The translations under genes were made by a program, and so were the position numbers. A stretch of 64,000 bases of DNA from NCBI GenBank assembly GCA_951406725.2, contig OX597821.1:62558001-62622000 (forward strand), given 5' to 3'. Position 1 is the stretch's first letter. Each line of letters opens with the position of its first letter. This DNA comes from Octopus vulgaris. Its lineage: Eukaryota. Shown here in pieces: positions 56,202 through 64,000 of this stretch. The notes below the pieces were generated by a model. It searched no databases. It saw only the letters and a list, made by a program, of their open reading frames with translations, and was not told the origin of the DNA.

Positions 56202-58174
56202 AAACATCAACAAGAAAGACATTGATATAGAACAATAAATTTGTACGAGTAAAGCAAACATTGATTTAATTCTGCTAGATTCATTGTCATTGTCACTGAA
56301 TATTTCGAAAACTTATAGAATCAACCACGGCTTACCTTCAGATATAAAGATGGATAAAATTATCGTCAGTAGTGGGAGATCATCAACCTTAACATTTTTC
56401 ACAACACTTTCATCAACACCAACAAAAACTAGCAGTAGAATGGTAACGATAATGAGATCAATATATTTTCAATAAAGGATATATATCTGGAGATTTTGAG
56501 ATTTCTGAAGATGGTAAGGATGACGCATATCATATAATTTATTAAATACATCCCTTACAACATTTTTTACCTATTTATCAACTGAATGAATTCTAACACA
56601 GTATCACTCAATTGTTTGACAGAGGCAATGTTCTGTCTCCAATTTCCAATAAACCGATTTCAAATTTAATTTATGATATCGATTAATATCAGAACATATT
56701 CGTCTATTGCAAAATAATTTAGAGCTGAAAATTAAACAGTTCCTGGGTTTTGAATTGGTATTTAACAGAGTCTGCATATATATTGTGTTTACCTCTGTAA
56801 CTTTTAGAAATATAAAGTTTATCTCTAATGCATTAGAGTACCTTCACTTTAGTTATGTCTTCAAATACAAAAAAAATAATTAAAATAAAACGCGTGGCTA
56901 ACATATAACAGGACCAGACAAGAATATCTGAATTTATTATTAATTAATAAAATGTAAAAATCTGACACTAGAGCTTTTGTTCTTATAATTTAATATATTC
57001 CAATCAGAGAAGGAAAAACATTTGAAATATCTTTTCTTCAATTAAAATTATTGAAACCACTAAAAGCAAGCAACTATGTGTTTCAAAATATCAATCATCT
57101 TAATGAATATATTACATGGCATTACCATATGGAAAATTACTGCACAATAAGACTAATGCTGTTATACGTTCCATTTTAGAATTTATTTCACATTTACCAT
57201 CATCCGATAATTTAAAATTCCTTTATCCTCTTTCTGCATCTTTCCATTCTCTTGGAGATACTAAAAGCCATCAACATTCAAATTCTCTCAACAATACGTT
57301 TTAAACTAGGAAATTTTAAAGCGATCCATACATAAAACAATTTTTCAAAATGCTTTTAAAGATTTTATTTTAATTCTCTCAATGTTATAAATGACAAATT
57401 TCTAAATTCCCAGAAGATTCTGAATTATTTCTTCTTCACCATATTTACACGAAACTGGTGTCATCGATAAATGGTTTCTCAAAGAAAGTGTTCGTATAAA
57501 GCCCATATTTAAAAAGCCGTTTTAAAACTTAAACATTAGATAACGTGTAAATCTAGAAAAATTACAGCATATTTTTTAACGAGCTCACGCTATTTATCAA
57601 ATACATGTAAGCCTTGTCGATGGTGGTAGCTGGACTTGCTACTCTCATATTTAAGGGTATTTTCTAAAACTAACTAGAATATTTTCCTCTTGCTTATTTA
57701 GATATTTACGCATTTGAGTAGAAATCAAGGTATGTAAAAGATTCATAAATTCTACACCCTGGTAACATACCTTCTTGTATAAGGCAAACAGTATTAATGC
57801 GAGTTATGGATGGCTAGAAGTGAAATACGTTTCTTTCAAGCCAAATACAAGGCGTAGTTGCTTTATTTAAATGTTTGCAGCAGAGACAAGTTAAGTTTCT
57901 ACATCTTTTTGTCTCAAACAACGCTTGCAACCACCACAGTAGCGAAAACGTTCGCAAACACTGAATAAGAGAGCCCCTACGTATTCCAAACATGTCGTTT
58001 CTGGAAGCCTTACAGAATGAATATTGTCGGTTAGATTAAAAGACAACGGTTGTAGCAGAGCACCAGAGAGCAGCGATTCGAAGATTGAAGCTATTAGAAT
58101 AAATAGACTTGTCCACAACACAAAGCTCAACAGAGAAACTATGATAACGGATATCTCTGTCACTTCTTCTGACC

Positions 58175-58483
58175 GTATGTGTGTGTGCGTGTGTGTGTGC
58201 GTACGTGCATGCGACACGTGCGTTATATCTATATGTACATATATATGCGTTCAAATATATGCATATATGTATACTTACAAAACACACGCACAAACAGACA
58301 CACATACATATATCCATATATATATACATACATACATACATACACACACATATATATGTATATATACATATACATACATGTATATATATATACGTATATA
58401 TACATACATACATATATATATATATATGCATATATATATATATACATACATGTACATGCATGTATATATATATACGTATATAT

Positions 58484-58544
<61 letters not shown>

Positions 58545-58585
58545 TATGCATATATATGCATATATATATACACATGTATATATTA
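58175..58585. repeat. Long compound dinucleotide microsatellite
   Basis: Directly visible; source of the 189-aa and 188-aa spurious ORFs. Confidence 0.95.
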
Positions 58586-59629
58586 ACATATAAGCCTGAC
58601 ATACCCTTAGGTCACTGAAACATTGGGTCACAGAATAGATACATTCAGACTGAATAATTATAAGAGAAGATCAAATATACTGAGGTCATTGAAATTTCTT
58701 ACAAAGTACTGTCGTTAATATATGTAGGACTAAACCATAGGAAATATGGAAGAGTTCTATGAAGCTTAGTGCCAGAATCGAAATGTTTTAACGCGCATTC
58801 TACTTTGATCAGAGAATGGTGTGGAATATTATACTAAAAACATCATTTACTTGAAATATGCGATTATATGTTCTACAGTATTAGAATATATAAAAATCAA
58901 TCATTTAATGCTTCATTGCTCTATCTCCAATTCTATTTGTATCTGCAACTGTACCAATTAGTATATTTATGAAGATATTAAAAACTCGGTCAATAAATAT
59001 GTGATTGCATCCTATAGATATTCCATACACAAAATCTCTGATCAAATGCTTGCAAGGAAAAAACTGTTTAATCTTTTTTTTTTCTGTCGATGCTCCAACT
59101 AGCAAAATCCTCTAATGTCGTTGTCAAGGCATTAACACTCAGCTACTGTAAGATAGCACACATCATAAATACTATATTAATTAAATGCTATTTTTCAGCG
59201 AGTTGTCAGTGACGTCAATTCTCTGTGAACAAAGACAAAACATGGAGTATAGATCAACTTTCTAACACAAATATCAATCGGAAGATAAATTCATTCTGAT
59301 AGTCACATTTCGAGATTTCTGATTAGGTAATATTTAGTTTTTATTCCGTATATTTATGAAACCTAGCTACAAGATGAATGCAAATTTATTAAGAAAATAT
59401 GATTTAATGGTAGAATATATAGATGACAGAGAAACAAAGACATAGACTGTGCGAGGATTAAATACGACTCTAAGCCAGATTTTGGAGCCTGCATGCTATA
59501 AACAATCCAAAATCTGATATATATTTATGAGCGTGTGTGTATGTGTGTTTGTTTGTGTGTGCGTGTGTTCGTGTGTGTCTTTGCATGCGTATATACATTC
59601 GAACAGTCTATGTGTCCTAAATCCCCCCC

Positions 59630-59700
59630 CCATGGGCCAGGGTTATAGAAACTCTGGTTGAAATGCAAGTTTCTTAACCACGCAGCCATGCCTGCACCTA
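59630..59700 (-). mobile_element. SINE family B 5' head fragment
   Basis: TGGTTG....GCAAGTTTCTTAACCACGCAGCCATGCCTGCACCT resembles the reverse-complemented tRNA head at 23530-23572. Confidence 0.6.
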
Positions 59701-60377
59701 AAATCATATCCCTGTAAGATATTAACAAAAAACTATGTTTTGACTTCGATATTGTTATTCAGATCTTAATTATCCTCATTCCAGTAGACACATGTTCAGA
59801 AGCGTACCAAAACTAACCATTCATTTGTTTATTTCAAATTTGCTTCGATTGATTTGAGGGATGTGCGTCTGTTCATTGCTAATTAGTGTTGTATATTTTA
59901 GTAGTATGATATTTTAGTAGGAAATTAATGCTGATTGTAGTAGTTGTAGCGGTGTCAATTTGGGGCAGGTCAAGAGATTGTGTATATGCTTACTCATTGG
60001 TTCGTTTGAGAAAGATAATTAAAACACTGGCGCAATCGAAGACAATATCATCAATATTGAGATATTATTATTCATCCAAATGAATAATCAATATTTGAAG
60101 TCAGTTTCAAAATTCGTAAAAGAATACACTGAATTGTTTAAACGCACTCGAAGAAGTTATGGAAACAATAAATATTATATAGAAATGAATAGATTTAAAA
60201 ATAAAGACTCTTATGCGAAGCATATTAATTTAATTACTGCAATGAATAATAAGTGAAAATAATCTATTGTATAAAATAATGCTAAAAAACATGGAGTTCA
60301 ATCGATTGAAAGTTCCAAATACAAATTAGTTATTCCTTTAATGAGTGAATTGATCATACAGTCTATCGGTCTGTCTG

Positions 60378-60408
<31 letters not shown>

Positions 60409-60411
60409 AAC

Positions 60412-60502
<91 letters not shown>

Positions 60503-60561
60503 CATATACAGATATGAATTAATAAATATATATTTATACACACATACACACAAACACACAC

Positions 60562-60626
<65 letters not shown>

Positions 60627-61425
60627 CATTATTGATCCATTCATAGTATCTGACGAATAATTTTCTTAAATTAGAAATTATTAATTACACATATGTTTAG
60701 AAAACAATGATGCAAAATATTTTGGAAGTGAGTTTTCGAAATCTAAGTAACTTTCGCTATTTACAGCTTCTTACTCACACTTTTTATTGAATAATCGTTA
60801 TACAGTAATTTGAATGTCTTCGGTTTACTTCCGGAAAAGAATTATTATCGAATTTTTTGCCTTTCTTGCCTTTCATAGTTGGTCATTTTGGACCTTTATT
60901 TTGACACTCGAAACATTTAAACTTCTATATTTGATTAAATTTTAAGTCGTTTACTGTAGGGAACATCTTCAAGTGCTGACTCACTGATTCGTTGCTTATT
61001 TGTCCTAATGAGATACGTTCATCTTTGCGCCAATTGAATCATATAATCTGTATTCCAGTCTGGACATCAGATGTAGTAAATGTGATATAGCGTTTTCCAC
61101 CCATGTTGCATCTGCAATCTATATTTCAATTAGCCTTCAGTTTCTTTCCAGTCTTGCATTTTTGATCGTATGTGCGTATCGTTGCTATTAATAAAAAGTG
61201 TTGTAAGTCCAAAACGTTGTTTTATCAAAATACGAAAAAATAGTTTCACTATTCCTTAGCAAAACCGTTGTACTGCACTTTAACAATTCTTGACATCTTG
61301 GCATCTGAATTAGCTGGTGATACGACAGTGTGACGAAGCAAAAATAAATATTGAAACAAATGCTTTTGGCCAAATTTGGACGTACGACAGTTTAAGATAA
61401 TAGCAACGCTATACATGTTTGTATG

Positions 61426-61477
<52 letters not shown>

Positions 61478-62378
61478 GGCTGCCCCCTCGTTATCGACTA
61501 TGGCCATTGCACGAAGCTTAACTGTTATTGGTGGTGTGATCGAATGTGAAATTTTAGCCCAGCTAAAGGTCTACAATGTCTTGTTCAGTATTGGCAACTA
61601 AAACCTTTACCGGTAATAGCCGGCTGTAGTTGTAACTGGGCTTCATGTACCTTTGCATGTCGTTTAAGTCCTCATGCCGAATTACACTTTCTTCCACATG
61701 CCCGACAGATATGATTACTATGGTGTGTTACACCACCACCAGTGGCCAGGTTGTCACTCATCTGTCTCGCTTTATGACTACGAAGATGACTCTTCGTATA
61801 TACATACATATATACATACATACATAGATATATATGCTTGGTCAAACTATCGTATCTCCAGCTGCTTCAGATACCAAGATGACCGATTGCGTAAACCTAC
61901 CAGTTATGTAATACAAAGACAACTGGAAACAGCTGTAAGCCAGATTTGCTCTCATAATTTAGATGCAAAGATGCCAAGAATTGTTAAAGTGCAGTAGAAC
62001 GGTTTTCCTATGGAATTGTGAAACTATTTTTCTCGTTTTCTGGAAATGCAACGTTTACAACACATTTGCATAATAGCAACGATACACACACACATACACA
62101 TACATACACACACTCTCACACACATATCATCAGTACTTCATATATTCGGAAAAGAAGCACGCAGTAAAGCATATATATATATATAATATATATATTTTTA
62201 GGAAGTTAAACGATATGGCCGCTCATTGAGTCTCCTATATTGCTAAGCGCATCATAGGTGCGAAAGCAATGGCTACTCTATAACAGGCCGTAGCTTTTAG
62301 CTTCCTAAAAGATAAAGGTTGATACATACATACATATATACACACATATACACACACACATATATATATGAGTGTATC

Positions 62379-62436
<58 letters not shown>

Positions 62437-63164
62437 ATGGTCTGTATATATACGTGTATGTGTTCGCGTATTTCTGTATATGGGTATATCTGCATATGTA
62501 TGTAGGAATATAACTTTCTTTGTAGATCATAGCAAAAGTTCATTCTTGCAATTATGCAATTATGCTTTGTTAATGCTACTTTCATTGATTTCACATGAGA
62601 TAGTAACGGTAAAAATGGTGATGCAATTTTACTACAAAACTATATATCCAACATTTAACTGTCACGAGAAAAAATACAGCAAAATCAAACACAAATCATG
62701 ACACTTTGCCGAAATTTGTTCTGCTTCAATTGCATCTGTACAACTATTAAGTTTGCTCCGATGAACTCGTTAAATCAATGCCACGCGTACCAAAGACAAT
62801 GATGAATATATTTTGCTTGTGAATGTCTATCTAGTGATTTAATTTAACATGTTCTTAGAGATATTAACGTTTTGATCAGACGGCTGATACCACTCACACT
62901 TAATTTAATTGATTGTATCTCGATTCCATAGCACTCTCTATTTTATGCAATGATGTCTAAGTGGAATTAAATGAAAGCCAGAAACAATATATAGAGGATA
63001 TATTGAAATAAACCACAGCTTGGAAGCTTGTTTTATAATTTCTCTTTTCTCTGGAATATTTACGTATGCAACCAGTGAAACACAGGTTCCATTTCAATGA
63101 AAACGTGCCTAAACACATACGCACACTCGCACACACATATACACATATACATAAATATATAAAC

Positions 63165-63169
<5 letters not shown>

Positions 63170-63253
<84 letters not shown>
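63170..63253. repeat. (TA)n tract
   Basis: Directly visible. Confidence 0.95.
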
Positions 63254-63254
<1 letters not shown>

Positions 63255-64000
63255 CATGGATTTGCTTTTACCTTTGAGAGAGGCAAGTTGGAAAACAAAA
63301 ACAAAATTAGGCCATGTAACAGTTGAAATTTGTGAAATAACCTAAATAAGAAGGAATGAAGATAAATAAGTTAAAAATTGATCTACAGAAGTCTGAACGA
63401 AAGAATCACGGAAACGTTCATTTTCAATAACATTATGACTATTTCACTTTGTGAAGACTTGTCCACGAAACAGTCAGGCTCCAATCTCGCTTTCATTCAC
63501 TGTGGAGTTTCATTAATATGAATGTATGTCCCCCACTAACACCTTCCCTTCTATCCATAGACAGATTGTGAAATTAGTTAATTACTGATAATATTTCTTT
63601 TATACTAGGCCAAAGAGAAAAGTTTCAATAATTTGAAAATTTTTTCGCAATTCATTCAGCATAGTATCTTAACTTCTGACGAAACTACTTTTTCCATTCA
63701 CTAACATTTATCTTGCAGTCAGCTTGTCTCACTTAAACCAAATAATCACATTTATTGTAATAATACTTTTGTTACTGCGATTGCATTTTCATAGTTTTAC
63801 TATAACCGAGCAAAATCTATGATGGAACGAGATACAGCTAATACTAACCATATTCGTTTCTTCCTAAACTTTTAAATGCAATTTTGAAGGCCTTAAGGCG
63901 TGCTTTTAGGAAGCTAATAATGCAAGTCTTGCGATTTACTACAGACTTCAGCTAGAATCGTCTGAATTGCAATATATGTTTTATAAATCTAACCCCACCC

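Noticed and set aside
58024-58631. Longest ORFs in the track (up to 189 aa) and all similar YI/HT/VC-repeat ORFs
   Set aside because: Stop-free translations of dinucleotide microsatellites, open in several frames on both strands; no protein-like content.

Overview
AT-rich, microsatellite-saturated eukaryotic non-coding DNA. The SINE families and repeat landscape suggest a coleoid cephalopod such as Octopus; this is recognition by eye, not a search. No host protein-coding exon can be supported, and nearly all supplied ORFs are translations of (TA)n/(CA)n/(TATG)n tracts. The window holds many tRNA-derived SINE copies from several families, an intact hAT MITE with an 8-bp TSD, a rearranged mariner derivative with two left ends, and decayed non-LTR retrotransposon fragments. 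The most interesting signal is a set of short non-coding foldback elements, often embedded in (TA)n, that carry minimal type I hammerhead ribozyme motifs of the Penelope-like/retrozyme kind. The best cases are a perfect 389-bp palindrome encoding an intact-looking hammerhead on both strands (32192-32580) and a TSD-flanked insertion whose internal junction implies a circular or tandem 361-nt RNA template (33760-34218).
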